Part shown: positions 34,413 through 47,575 of the stretch, in pieces | How the letters are laid out: each line of letters opens with the position of its first letter | How positions within the stretch are numbered: the stretch's first letter is position 1 | Source: Patellaria atrata CBS 101060 | Taxonomy: Eukaryota | NCBI GenBank assembly: GCA_010093705.1 | Contig: MU006111.1 | Location: 1 to 64,000 of the forward strand | Reading direction: 5' to 3' | Length of the DNA stretch: 64,000 nt | Translations under genes and position numbers: made by a program | Notes under the pieces: model-generated | The model's input: the letters and a program-made list of their open reading frames with translations, nothing else | Told to the model about the DNA's origin: nothing | Databases searched by the model: none

Positions 34413-36480
34413 TTACAGTCCACCCAGACTGGCAGTCCGGCGCCCACTCCCGCTTCGCAAATGCGCACTGCTACCCCTATAAAGTGTTTGCCAGATGTAC
34501 GCTTCACTTAGTAGGAGTTCAATGTCTTTCTCCGTCCAATCCCTGGTCGGCAGTGCTTGTAGAAACATCATGACTTCTTGAAAATCCATTTTCTGCAACT
34601 GGTCTGACCATTTGACAAGAAAAGCGGCGCAGACGTAGAGGTGGAACGTGGAGAATCCTTGTTCTTCGGACTATAGAAAGCGATATGAGTACTGGCGCGG
34701 ACCAAGTGCAACACAACGCCACGATACTGGTTTAGATATGCAGACATATGAGACGTACGGGGAAAAAGGCTTTACGTCATCTCACTAGAAGCGAACATAC
34801 CAAGAAACCATAGCAACTTACCAAATACGTATCCCACATGCGAATGGTGTTTTTCACACTAATCTCTCTCATAAGCAAACAATTCATCCATCGGAAACTA
34901 AACTGTATGAATTCGACACCTTCGTCCTCCAGATGTCGTGCTAGGTTTGAGTCGATCCGCGTCGTAAGATCCTTTAGGTCGGCTACTTGCCTCTGAATGC
35001 CTGGTTGGGCAAAAATGTAATTATCCTGTATGCCATCAAGAAGCTTGGTCAGGCACCAGAACGAATCTGCTTCTACAGCATCCAGAACAGCCTTAGGCAA
35101 TTGCCCAGGGTCCATGCCGAATTCGATATCTGGATCAGTGATATATGCACCCAAGAAGACCTGCCAGAACGGAGTTACTAGATCATTGATACCTTGTACA
35201 TATCCACTTGCTGGATGACGTATAGCCCATACGTATAGAATCCGTTCCAAACTTCGTTGGGTAGCTTCATAGCTATACAACTCCAGATGAGGATTTGTGC
35301 GGGGAACATCGATGCTGATTTGATGCCATATAGCCTCATCCAAACCTCTTCCACGCCCTCTGTTTGCTGATGGCGCAGATGCTGCACCCATAAGATTTGA
35401 CACTGCAGGTGCCGGTGCTCCAGTGGTTCCTCGTTCGAAAGCTTGTCTGACGCCCTCCAGATATTCTTTACGTTTGCGCTCAAGGGTAGCCACACGTCGT
35501 TCCGACGAAGTAGGAAGGTAACCTAGTAATACTTGCCAAGTCATTGCTCGCACCTCCGGGGGCGTACCTCCCCATGCTGCTCGTCGAAGTTCGGTGAGAG
35601 AGATTGTTGATGCTTGAAGAATAGTCTTGAACTTATTTATATAACGTATCCGAGAGTCATGGTCATCCTTCTCCTTTTTTGACGCCGAAGATGAAAGGGG
35701 TGGGTGGTTTATCAGATGAAGGGAATTTGCGGGATCTCTGAGTATGTCCTTGTATTGAGGACGAAGGATCTTGCCGGAGGAATTCTTTGGGTTGGGTGAA
35801 GGGTACGTAGGAATGTCCCTGACTTCGGAGATATCCCCACTGTTGGAGCGCCAGGAGCTTTGTGCGGTAAGACTACTGCCATTAAGGTATGAAGGGTCAT
35901 TTGTATCCTTGGACTTGTTGGGTGTCCTTTTATCCTTCCGCCTCATGCTGGCTATACTAGGCAAGCCGAACTCATCCTCATCGTCGTCATAGTCTAACCG
36001 AGCCTCCTCGTCGTCATCATCAGCGTTCCAATCATTATTCGTCTGTCGCAAGAATGATGTATACGTCTTCCGAGGAGGGGGCGAGACGTTGGAACCAGCA
36101 CGTACGGATGCAGTATTAGGATTAGAAGAGGGTGGGGTTCTAGGACGTGAGCTACCAGAGAGAGATCTATCTAGTATATCAGCTTAATCCAAGATGGAAG
36201 TTTGAGTGACTTATACAGGGAGTCGACTTTGAGTATATCAGTATGAGAATATGACGCGCCGACTACTTTCTTATTCTCCGTTGTCGTCCTGTTATTGCCA
36301 GAGGATGGACGCCAAAAGGGAGAGTTCGTGCTGTAGGATATAGTCAGTAATGGGTAAAGTCGAGCTCGATTCGAGTGCATGCCTTGATCGGTCTATGATG
36401 GCATATAAGGTTCAATCAGTTTGGAACATTAAGAGCTAGAAGGTTTTGTGAAGTCGAGGTTACGAACCAACCTGAACCAT
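34413..36480 (-). CDS. GYP1: Rab GTPase-activating protein (TBC domain)
   Basis: ILRPQYKDILRDPANSLHLI, IWHQISIDVPRTNP, WAIRHPASGYVQGINDL, VEADSFWCL, FIQFSFRWMNCLLMRE and MDFQEVMMFLQALPT. The 5' microexons reconstruct MVQVDRSSTNSPFW. Confidence 0.93.
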
Positions 36481-37208
36481 TTCCTAGAATTGGGAATTAT
36501 ATGTCAGTAACCTTGTTATTCACCTCTCTTAGCAGAGTCGAGTATGTTCTTAGGTAAGAGGTAGGTTTACTCACTTGTTGTTGTTTCTTGGAGGTCATCT
36601 TCGAGGAGATGGGAAGGTGACTTCAAGGTGTATATCTCTCTATAGATGAAGCTGAGGTGGTGGTAATGAAGTACAGTACAAGAATAATAAAAGGCACCGT
36701 AGTGTGGGGCCAAGTTGGGGACCTATGAGCAGCTTAGGTACCTAAGGTACCAGTGCCCGGCACCCGTTGCAGTTGTTGTTCAAGGGGCCTTGGGGTTGTT
36801 GTTCGTGCCCCTTGCGCCTGCAAACCTCATAAAGGAGGGGAGGAGGGGATCCTTGGCCCTTTTTTGTGCTGGGCACCAGCCGAGTCAAACTCGACCTCTT
36901 TTTTTAAACCTTCTTTTCCTTTCTCATCAACCCATTCAAACCTCCGTCTCCATCATCTCCGCGACTCGCATTCATCTGCGACACGCTTTCTTCATCCCTC
37001 TAATATCTACAGTCTTCTTCTATCGTCTTTGCACATCACTTTTCCACGTGGTAGACGGCCACGCTCGCAAACGGCTTGTTTGTGCCCGCGTTCGCAAGTT
37101 GATTGATCACGATAGTGTTCAACAAAGCGTACAAAAGCATCTGCTTGAAGCCTCTTCATTTCTATACTAATTGCTCCTAATCTTTCTCATATCGAGTTCA
37201 CACTCAAA

Positions 37209-40200
37209 ATGACTGAGCCAGAAGAATTAGACGAGGATCTCTTTGCCGATCTGTTAGTTACCTCTCTCTGTACATGACTTGCAAAGTGTAAAAGTTAACT
37301 TATACAAAAACGTAGTTACGAAAACGATGACAATCCTCCAAAACCATCACAACCCCCAGCCGCACCAAATCCGGTGCCTACAGAACTGACCCCATCTGTC
37401 TCTGATACCGCTTCTGCGGTAAAGCATGAAGCCTTTGACTCATCTGCACCTATTCAAAGCGATATCAAAGAGGATGTTAGCGACATGCGTATGCAGGATG
37501 AGGGTATTGGAGAAGGAAACTATGGTAATGGTTACGTATCGCAGCCTGTTGGTGAAGAGGATTATGGCCCTATTGGAATCAAAGAGGACGGGTAAGTTCT
37601 TTTGTTTGGCATGTTCTTTTCCATATAAATTTGTATATTGTTTTCTTTCATCACAAACCTCGGGTAAGATATTTTGGAGGTTCGTCTATGGCAAACACCG
37701 AGTTTCGCAGGTCCAGTTGCTCTCTCGTTTGGCCAGAGTTGCGCTTGATATAATGCATACTTTGGGAGGTGATAGCATCGTTATCAATCTAGAAAGAAAG
37801 TCTACATAGACTCAATCAAATCATGAATCGCATTCCTCAGCTCAGTGGATGCTATCGAGAGGCTAATTTCCACAATGCCTTTCGAGTCTCGAGACCTTGA
37901 CATACTGGCACATGGATGGTATTTCATACTAGCAGTTGAGAACCTGAGGAACCATCAACAGTCATGAGGTTGGAACGGATGGGAATAGTAGTCGTCAATT
38001 GCACGATCGGGGATGTTCGAAGCGGGAAGCAAATGGGAGAGGCGGAGACCTGGAGAGCTGGCAGCGAAGAGAGAGGAGTGGGAACGGACTCAAATTCGTG
38101 GATAAGCAACGGCCGGACATGGTATGGCAGCCTCGTTTTGATCATCGCCAGGGGGAATACGAGCGTCCCACTCCTTCAGAAGCAATAGGTACATAGCTTC
38201 ATGTGGATATAATCTTCATAGAGCAGAGCTAAACCAGCGCGGGCGAGAAACAGTTTTAGACACATGGAAGACGTGGAAGACATACAGTACCTAGCTATCG
38301 ACTTAGAGCAAAAGAGAGACGATCTTCGAAAATTGGCTGTGCCTTCACCTCGACACACGTTTTTGTTATCTATATGATCTCCTGAGGAGACTTGGTTACA
38401 GCCAACGCGTAATGTCTGATCTGATATCAAGCAATCGACATGACACCTTCGGGTTTGAAGTACAAATATTGTCCGGCGGCCTTAGCTATTGAACTCTCAT
38501 ATGGACTCAACTCCATGTACTGGAGATGAGACTGAACCTATCCCCACTCGCTTTTAACAGCTCGGTCTCTTCACTAGAGCGGAACTTCATAAAGTATCGA
38601 TTTTTGGGAACACAGGACGTACCTTACTGCGGCTTTGCCAAACCATAACTGGTTTACCATCTCGACTGCACTTGGGGTTGCTATGCTCTTGCGATTTCCT
38701 CGTCGTGTTTGCAGCTTCATACCTATCCCACCATGGAAGAGATACCCATATGGATTCCCGTGCACTTCTTCCCATCCGACACAGTTATGACGACGTAGCC
38801 AGTGTGTTTATCTATCGAGACGGAAGACGGGACCTTTGGAAGGACGTTGGGCATCACCTCGCTTTCCATTGCAACTTTACTTGCTTCGCTTGTTAATTTT
38901 ATTTCCATGCGTCCTCGGTTTTTGATTTACGAAAGTAGAATGCTAATCAAAATATTTTCTGTGCAGTAAAATGTTCATTGGCGGATTGAACTGGGAGACC
39001 ACAGATCGTAAGAAGTAGCACCTGGCTTTAGAACATTACATTATCAGACCCTAACATGCTTTAGAATCTCTTAAGGATTATTTCTCTCAATTCGGAGAGG
39101 TCCTCGAATGCACCGTGATGCGAGATAGTGCGACTGGTCGTTCACGTGGATTTGGTTTCCTTACCTTTAAAGATCCAAAGACGGTTAACATCGTTATGGT
39201 GAAGGAACACTGGTTAGATGGCAAAACAGTACGCCAGATCGCTCTTCCAAAGATTTGTCAAGCTAACCGTCATTCAGATCGATCCCAAACGTGCCATTCC
39301 CCGCGAAGAACAAGAACGCACCAGTAAGATTTTTGTTGGCGGCGTCAGTCAGGAAGCAACCGAAGACGACTTCAAGAAATTCTTTCAACAGTTTGGTCGT
39401 GTTATCGATGCCACCCTCATGATGGATAAGGACACTAATCGTCCCCGCGGCTTCGGTTTCGTCACTTTTGACGGTGATGCTGCTGTTGACGCCACTCTTG
39501 CTCAACCTCTTGAGATTCACGGGAAACGCATTGAAGTCAAACGCGCTCAACCTCGTGGTAACCTTCGCGATGGTGAAGAAGACAAGCAAGGAAAATTTGG
39601 TCGCGGTCGTAATGATAAATTTGGCCAGAACGACCAGAATGCCCAGCAGATGCAGAACCAGGTGCAACAGGCGAACCCCAATGGTGCCCCCAACGGCATT
39701 AGTCCCTCGATGATTGCTCAGTACTGGCAGCGCATGCAACAGTACTTCCAGATGATGCAGCAGCAGCTGTCCGTTAACCTGCAACAAGGTCAAATGAACC
39801 CAATGATGGCAGGCGGCCAGATGAATCCAGCTATGATGCAACAAATGCAGCAAATGATGGCTATGCAAAACATGCAACAAGGACCAGATGGAACGCCACT
39901 TTCCCAATCCCCGGGTCCCGGCCAACAGGGTGGTATGAATCCTGCCATGCTGCAGCAGATGCAACAAATGCAACATCAAATGCAAGGTGCCTATCCCCAA
40001 GGTGGCGCAAGTCCTGGCCCGGCCGTGATGCAGCAATCTCTCTCCGGGGGTGCTGGGGGTAGACCTGGCTTCAATGCTCAAGAGCAGCTTCTGTTCGAGC
40101 AGCAAAAGTATGAGCAACAGCAAGCACGTCGTATGGCCCAGCAGGCAGCCCAACACCAACAGCAACAGAATCAAGCGTATAGCAATTTTGGCCAGGGAGG

Positions 40201-40477
40201 TCCCACGAGTTGGGAGGGTATGTATGATGATGTTCCACAACCCAATCTGCCTCCGAGCGGCCCAAGCAGTAATAGTGGCGGCAGTCGCGGAAACTTCAGT
40301 GGAAAATTTAGGGGTGGTCATGGAGGAGGACAAAAGAATCATCCGCAGGTTCAGCCGAGTAATGCGCCTGCCAATGCTCCAACAGGTCCAAAAAATGCAG
40401 GCAAACCAGGCGCAAATTACAGAGGCGGCGGGAGACATGGACAGAGGGGTTTCCATCCCTATTCTCGCAACGGTTAG
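37209..40477 (+). CDS. HRP1: hnRNP/CF IB RNA-binding protein with two RRMs and a Q/G/M-rich low-complexity tail
   Basis: MTEPEELDEDLFADLY...IGIKEDG|KMFIGGLNWETTD...RSRGFGFLTF...IDPKRAIP...KIFVGGV...RPRGFGFVTF, C-terminal PY-NLS (GFHPYSR); long intron 37592-38967. Confidence 0.92.
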
Positions 40478-41600
40478 GTGGTTAGGTGGATTGGGCATGG
40501 TTTCGTTTCTTTGGGTCATTTGTTACATGATTCTCTAGGTCCTTGTTCGTGCATTGTTGGACATGGTTTGGCGGAACAATTTGCCCATTCCTCCCCATTT
40601 TCTTCGACCTCTACTCTATCACTTTCTTCAGTCGGAATTATCCCTAAGATCTTGCCAAACAGAACGGAATTTTTAATATGGGCGTTGTGGACGTATCTTC
40701 GTACCCCTTGGCAGCATGGCTTCTCGGTGTCTTATACTTTTTTCATGCCTATCAGGTTCTCGTTCGGTGGATGTATTATAACTCTTGATATAAGGACGAC
40801 GAGTCCGCTTCATATGAACCTGCGGCTCAAGCCGGTCTCTAGTTGCTTGATGAGTTGAAATTCAGATAGTTTCATTTGAGATTAGAACCATCCTCTCTAA
40901 AACTTTCCAAACCAACCGCCGGTTCAATGGGTCTAATTATCACTTTCTATAGCTACAATCCAATATTTATGACCCTCGTTTTAGTGTAACATAATCATAA
41001 CTGATCAATCTAGGATATCATCTCCCCTATCAACCATACCTACTTCCCTCCATACTGAACTCATTGACCTTGACAATCACAGCAACGGTTCTGTGCTTAA
41101 TCAAAAATCGAGATATATGCTAGTGAGAATTATTCAAGAGTCGGCGGATGGCTGGATGCAGTAAAATTAAAGCGACTGTGGATGGGGATCGTAGTGGAAG
41201 GTGTTGAATACGTGAATGCTCACTTAACAGTCTTAACTAGTTCTAAATCTTTCTGATAATATATATCTCGAATATTTGGTATACAATTCTGCGTTCTTTA
41301 TGACATATATGTTCAGTTCCTTCGAAGGCGCAGAGTACCCCCTTGCACGGTATTTTTACAATACCGAAGTACCTAATTCCGTTAGTTCTAGTAAAGGTAG
41401 ATTGATGAAGTAGACTTCGATTCGAGTAGAGCTGTAGAGCATGCCCGCTTATAACGCCCTATAAATTCTCGTTTTCCAGTCACAGTGTTTTCTTCCTTGC
41501 TTCCAGAAATTCAAATTCATTGTAATACTAGCTACAAGAAATCCTGTCACTAAGAACTGGCCTAAAACATATACGTCATTGATGTCAGCATAACTACCCA

Positions 41601-42778
41601 ATGGCTCCTTCAACCACTATCCATATAAACCCTCGAGCATCTTCGAACAAGACGAAGGTGCAATATGCTCCTCATATACTCTCATATCATAAGAAACTAC
41701 CAGACTACAACTCCACGCCTCTTCGTCCCCTTACGGATCTCTCCGCTTCCACGAACATACCCCACATATTTCTCAAAGATGAGTCTTCCCGGTTTGGCCT
41801 TCCTAGCTTTAAGATCCTGGGGGCGAGTTGGGGAATACATCGCCTCCTCTGCTCTCATTTGTCTCTCCCTCTGGATACTCCGTTAGAGGAGGTTGGAGCA
41901 AATGCAAGAAGGGCCAAGGTGACTTTGGTGACCTGTACTGAAGGTAATTGGGGTCGTGCAGTTGCCCGGATGAGCAGGTATCTGACGATACCGGCCATTA
42001 TTGTAGTGCCCGGGTTTATGGACGAAGCAACAGAGAAAAAGATTAGTAGTGAAAGCGAGACTGTAAAGCTCATTCGCATCGAGGGGACCTATGATGATGC
42101 AATTGCCGAGTGTAGGAGGATCAGCGACAGAGGAGAAGCATTGCTGGTGATGGACACAAGTTGGGCAGGATGGGAACATATAAGCCGGGTAAGTCATTTC
42201 CACATGCTTCTTCGCAGATAACCGCCCTATTACACTTGAGATAAGATCTAAGGGGTGTCTAGTGGGTTGTTGACGGCTACTCTACTTGTCTCCTCGAGGT
42301 GGATAGGCAAATTAAGGAGCAGACCGGTGGCAAAGGGATTACTCATGCAATATGCTCTGTGGGTGTAGGATCATGGGCACAAGCTATCACGGAGCACTAT
42401 AAAGCGCAGACTCCGCGAGCTACAGTTATCACTGTCGAGCCAGATACAGCTGCTTGCTTACAAGCCAGCCTGAAAGCCGATCGAATGACACAAGTCAACA
42501 CAGCGGATACTATTATGTGTGGAATGAACTGTGGAACGCTCTCAAGCATTGCGTGGCCGGTCTTGCGAGAAGGGGTTGATGCAGCAGTAACAGTGAGTGA
42601 TCCGGAAGCCCACGAGAGCGTGAGGTATTTGCAAGATCAGGGTTTGAATGCAGGCCCCTGTGGAGCAGCACCGTTAGCAGCACTGAGAAAGCTAGTAGCT
42701 GCGAAAGGTGCAGATTTTGCAGATGGAATTGTGGTACTGTTCTGCACCGAGGGCAATCGTGACTACGAGATACCTTAG
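41601..42778 (+). CDS. Diaminopropionate ammonia-lyase-like PLP enzyme (fold type II)
   Basis: TPLRPL...FLKDESSRFGLPSFKILGASW, TEGNWGRAVA, MDTSW, SVGVGSWAQA, TIMCGMNCG and GPCGAAPLAAL; one intron near 42189-42262. Confidence 0.88.
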
Positions 42779-43444
42779 GGAGAAGAGTGGCATTTTGACC
42801 AGAATGATTGAAGCCGGAAACCAAGAAATGAACACGTAAAAAGAAAGGGTGACAGAGACAAGGCGATATAAAAGAAGATACTGTATGAGAGATTAGATAG
42901 AAATCTAATTGCTGCCTCCTTTTTCTCTTCACTGACAACCTAATGCTGGTACTATACAGTACTGTACTATCCGCCTATCAGCTTCGGGTTAGGTTTAAAA
43001 TACTATAATCACCTTCTTGGTGTTAGCTCAGAGAAGTTGCCACATCATAAAGGTAAAGAGTGGATCGAGTATGCGGTAGGAAATGTTCTGATACAGTAGA
43101 ACTACGTCTGCATAATGACTAAGTTACCTAATCAACCTTCTTCTCCTGGTGACCCACCTCAACGTCTCCTCCCTCAACCATTTCCCGTTCTTTTCCATTT
43201 TCTCAAAATTCGTTTGTTATTGTGCATGTATTGTACCTTATGCTTTCGTACTCAACCTTTTCCCTTGCTTTAACACCGTCATGCATTACCTTTTTAGCTC
43301 TTTTGTTAACGGTAACGGGTCCATTTTCCCGGAAGCGACAATTTTTATTATCCATCAATGCCACGATCAACAAGCTTCTTCTCTCAATCTTCTAGACGCA
43401 TGACTGACCCGGTTATTCTATATTATTATTCATTTGTCTTCAGC

Positions 43445-43480
43445 CTCCAAGGGCTCCAAGGGCTCCAAGGGCTCCAAGGG
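43445..43480. repeat. 9-bp tandem repeat (CTCCAAGGG)x4
   Basis: Directly visible in the long intergenic region upstream of the GH6 gene. Confidence 0.85.
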
Positions 43481-44873
43481 ATCCCCTTTCAATCAATCGA
43501 TACCGATATCCATCCCGCTAGTCATGTCCTGAATTCTAAGCTCTGCAGGTTACTTTGTACAGTACCTCGACGGCTTGAGGTTGGCATACATCACAAAATT
43601 CTTGTATCTTGGTTCGGAGAATGCGGTATCTCGAACCACATCAGATTGTCTTGTCTTCATCTACAAGGTGGATGCTTGAATTATGTTGTTGATGTATTCG
43701 AAGAAACAGATTCGTTCTGAAACCGTCTGGGTAAATGGCAACGTCTTATTAGCTCTAGTAGCTTGTGAACCATCCTCCTATTTACGGAGTTCCCCTTTCT
43801 TTTAGTCTTTACAGAAATGCACTTTCGCACCTCTCTCCGCATATTGTCCAATAGCTTCATGACGAACTTCAGTAGTTCTATCATTCTATGGCATGAAGTG
43901 GCGTCGTTTCCGCCTCTAGGTGGGAAATTTCCCTTTAGCTTTCTCTCACCTCGGTCGTCTTAGTCGATTTCCGGCGGCACGATATCTCCAAACGGACTTC
44001 ACACGAACATTTCCGGGTTCTAATGATGCAGCTATAGGTTTGAATATAGGCGACTAGAACAACGGTCACGCGTCACCAAGGCCCAGTGTCCGCCAACCCA
44101 CGCGAAGACGCAACGGCCGACTTGGATCATTGCAGATCTACCTCGGTCTGACCTGAGTTAATCTATCACCAGGTCAATTTTCAAAATTCTCATGGTAGAG
44201 ACCTTGACGGAGCAGCTCTTTGGATACTATGCTTAGAGTCGTACCATTCTTTGCCTCTCCTTTGGAACATTCCTCTCATGCTATGATTTTTTCAAGTACG
44301 CATCTCTTGTTCTGTAGTAATCAACCGAGAGAAGTTAGGCAGTTCATATGCAAAACTATTCCTATACGTTCGATACTGTGGCGCTGGAATCTTATTTCCC
44401 CGGTTTCTGGATTGTCATCGCTCTTTTAGATCGCCTAGTCTATCCTTGCTGTTTTTTGTGCCTTATACCACAGTCCGCTTTCTCTTTGTTGTAATCCATG
44501 TAAATCCTTCCTCTGCTACTTGTCAAGCTTTAGTTCTTGTGAGATCCTGTAATTTCTTCCAACGGCGCCCGACATCTTGCTATTTTACATGTAATATAGT
44601 GCTTCCCATGGATTTCGTTCTGGCTCCACTGTCTATTTTGCGTAAATTAAAGTTTTGACGATGAGCACAGCATCTCGCGCCATTTAAGTCGGTAACACGG
44701 TCACAGAAAGCCGCCGTGGCAGCAGCTCGAAGTCCAAGTCCCTCCCGTCTAAAGGTTGACGATCAACCTTGGATGAGGATATATAAGTATCCTCTACCCT
44801 CTTCAACAATCTTTGTGCTGAGCCAGGATATCGAAGAAGAACCAATCTTGTTCCTCAATCCCCTTTTCACACG

Positions 44874-46515
44874 ATGACTTGGAGAGAATTTGCTGTTTTG
44901 GCGGCGGTAACGCTTGTCCCTGTTGTCTCTGCGCAAGCCGGAGCGTGGGCTCAGTGTGAGTAAAGCTTCTACGAGCCCCCTGATTCTGCTGACCTAGTAG
45001 GCGGCGGTAATGGCTTTTCTGGACAAACGACATGTGTCTCCGGGTATACATGCACCAAGCAGAATGACTGTGAGTGTTCGATACCTCCTTTTTGTCAAAA
45101 TTGTGTTCTTACGAGTTCCAGATTATTCTCAGTGTCTTCCTGGTTCAGCTCCCGCTCCTTCAAGTAGCCGTTCAACATCTCCACCGAGATCAACTACCTT
45201 GGTAACGAGGACGAGTGCTGGTGGGCCATCTCCCCCTAGCCCCACGGCCACGGTTGGTCCTGTTGCCGGCAATCCACTTGCTGGCTATGAGCTGTATGCC
45301 AATCCATATTACTCATCTGAGATCCATACTCTGGCTATTCCATCGTTGGTATCGGCTGGAAAGACTGCTTTGGCTGCTAAAGCCAGCGCTGTAGCTAAGG
45401 TCGGCACATTTGTTTGGCTGTAGGTCTTGTCCTTCGCTTTGTCCTTAGCAATTTCTGACAAAGTGACATATAGCGATACTCGCGCTAAGGTGCCCTCCAT
45501 TCCTACATATGCTGAGGATGTCCGCGCGAAGAACAAGGCCGGTGCAAACATCGCCCTCCCACTTGTCGTTTATAATCTTCCCGATCGTGATTGTGCTGCT
45601 CTTGCCTCCAACGGTGAGCTTGCGATTGCGAACAATGGCGAAGCTCTCTACCGTGGATATATCGATTCAATTGCCGCCCACATCAAGACATATTCCGATG
45701 TCAAGTTCATCCTGACGATAGGTAAACGTCCCTCTGGACTTCCCTCTTTTGGACGTTGTTGACTCTTTTCCAGAACCTGATAGTTTGGCCAATCTCATCA
45801 CCAACCTCAACGTGCAAAAGTGCGCTAATGCTAAGAAGGCATACGAGGATAGCACCATCTATGCTCTTAAGACGCTCAACTTGCCCAACGTCAGCATGTA
45901 CCTTGATGGAGGTCATGGTGGCTGGTTAGGCTGGGATGCTAACATCACTCCGGCAGCGAAGATGTTCGGAGACCTGTACAAGGCTGCTGGTTCCCCCAAA
46001 GCCGTCCGTGGCCTTGTTACCAACGTCTCGAACTACAACGGTTGGTCTCTTGCCACGTGCCCGTCATATACTACCCCCAACAAGAACTGCGACGAGAAGA
46101 AGTTCGTCAATGCTTTCGCTCCTTTGCTCTCTGCTGCTGGCTTTCCGGCACACTTCCTGGTTGATACTGGTAAGTAGTACTTATACTTTTCTGCTTTTCT
46201 GCTTTCCTGCTTGACTTACATTCCCCAGGCCGTAATGGTGTTCAACCGACCAAGCAGATCGAACAAGGTCATTGGTGCAACGTTATTGGGACCGGCTTTG
46301 GTGTTCGTCCAACCACTAACACTGGTGACCCGCTTGTCGATGCCTTTGTCTGGGTCAAGCCCGGTGGCGAGAGCGATGGTACATCCGATACCACTGCTGT
46401 TCGTTACGATGCCCATTGCGGTGAAGCCGACGCTCTTAAGCCTGCTCCGGAAGCTGGCGCCTGGTTCCAAGCATACTTTGAGCAACTTCTCACAAATGCG
46501 AATCCTTCCTTCTAG
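44874..46515 (+). CDS. cbh2: Cellobiohydrolase II (GH6) with N-terminal CBM1
   Basis: Signal peptide; CBM1 WAQCGGNGFSGQTTCVSGYTC...YYSQC; Ser/Thr/Pro linker; VVYNLPDRDCAALASNGE, EPDSLANLITN, YLDGGHGGWLGW, DTGRNG, DAFVWVKPGGESDGT and PAPEAGAWFQAYF. Confidence 0.97.
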
Positions 46516-47575
46516 ATGCACATCTTCTAGGACTGAGTGACGCTGAATTTTTCTTTTTTGTACAAATCGATAGAATACTGTAGATGGATTGTATGACGAA
46601 CTTCCCTGACCCATAGATGGGACCATAAAAGGTTTGATGTGGGTGTGGAAGAGACATTGTTCGGGCGGTTCCATTCCATGTATATATTGCAAGACAACTT
46701 CTATACGCTGCGCCAGCTATTATCCAGACTCGTGTCTTCCTCTAATATGTTTCCCGGTATCTCATTGATCTCATATTCGGGACCTGTTCATCTTGCCTGT
46801 TTCCGGACGAGCGATATTGATGATCAGAATGTTGGAGATGTTCTAGAAAACCCTACCCCGGACGCAGCAACCATAGCATATGGAGAGGGGGTTCTGAATA
46901 TATTATTGGAGTACCTTCATATACATTACCGAATACTAACGGATTGTTGATATTTACACTCTAAAGGTATACAACCTAATCCGATGAAACGCAACTATCA
47001 GGGAGAACAATTATAACAATCCTATCTTCGACCTCACATTTACATCTCCGTTCGGTTTCAAGAACCCAAGAAGGTTACCTAACAATGCCAAAAGTCTTAT
47101 TTTGTGATCGAAGGAAAAGTAGAAAATGCACCCCACAATTTTCCCCAGATCGGTGTGCATGGCGGTTCAACCCCTGACTTTCTTCCGCCTAATATCCATA
47201 AATGCCTGTTTCGGTAATATACATGAGGCATTTGATCACGACGGACCGTCCATCCCACTGGATAAATTTACCTGTCCCACTTCTACAAATTGACAGAAGG
47301 TCACGCAAGAGCAAAAATGGTCCTTGACCCGCGATCTTCGTGGTCAGGAATCACCGGCGAGAGATTGCGATGATATCAATCGTGGTCTCATCACCTCCAC
47401 CTATAATGACAATTTGATTGTAAACGTATTGGAGGAATGGGCGGCGGGTTGGGCTCCGTGAAGTTCGAGGGGTGAACGGTATTTTTATATACTAAGGACG
47501 CTGGAAGGTTTCTTATTAAAGGCACTGGAATCTTGTCGTTGCTTATCCCTTTCGTGATCTTCAATCTAATTCGAC

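Noticed and set aside
36715..37170. 151-aa and 117-aa ORFs upstream of HRP1
   Set aside because: Non-ATG starts and pyrimidine-rich promoter/5' UTR composition; not protein-like.
39263..40519. 418-aa antisense ORF overlapping HRP1
   Set aside because: It is a shadow of the Gln/Met-rich sense codons (Leu/His-rich translation) with no recognisable domain.
43149..44658. Short ORFs in the cbh2 upstream region
   Set aside because: No motifs, biased composition and no consistent splice model.
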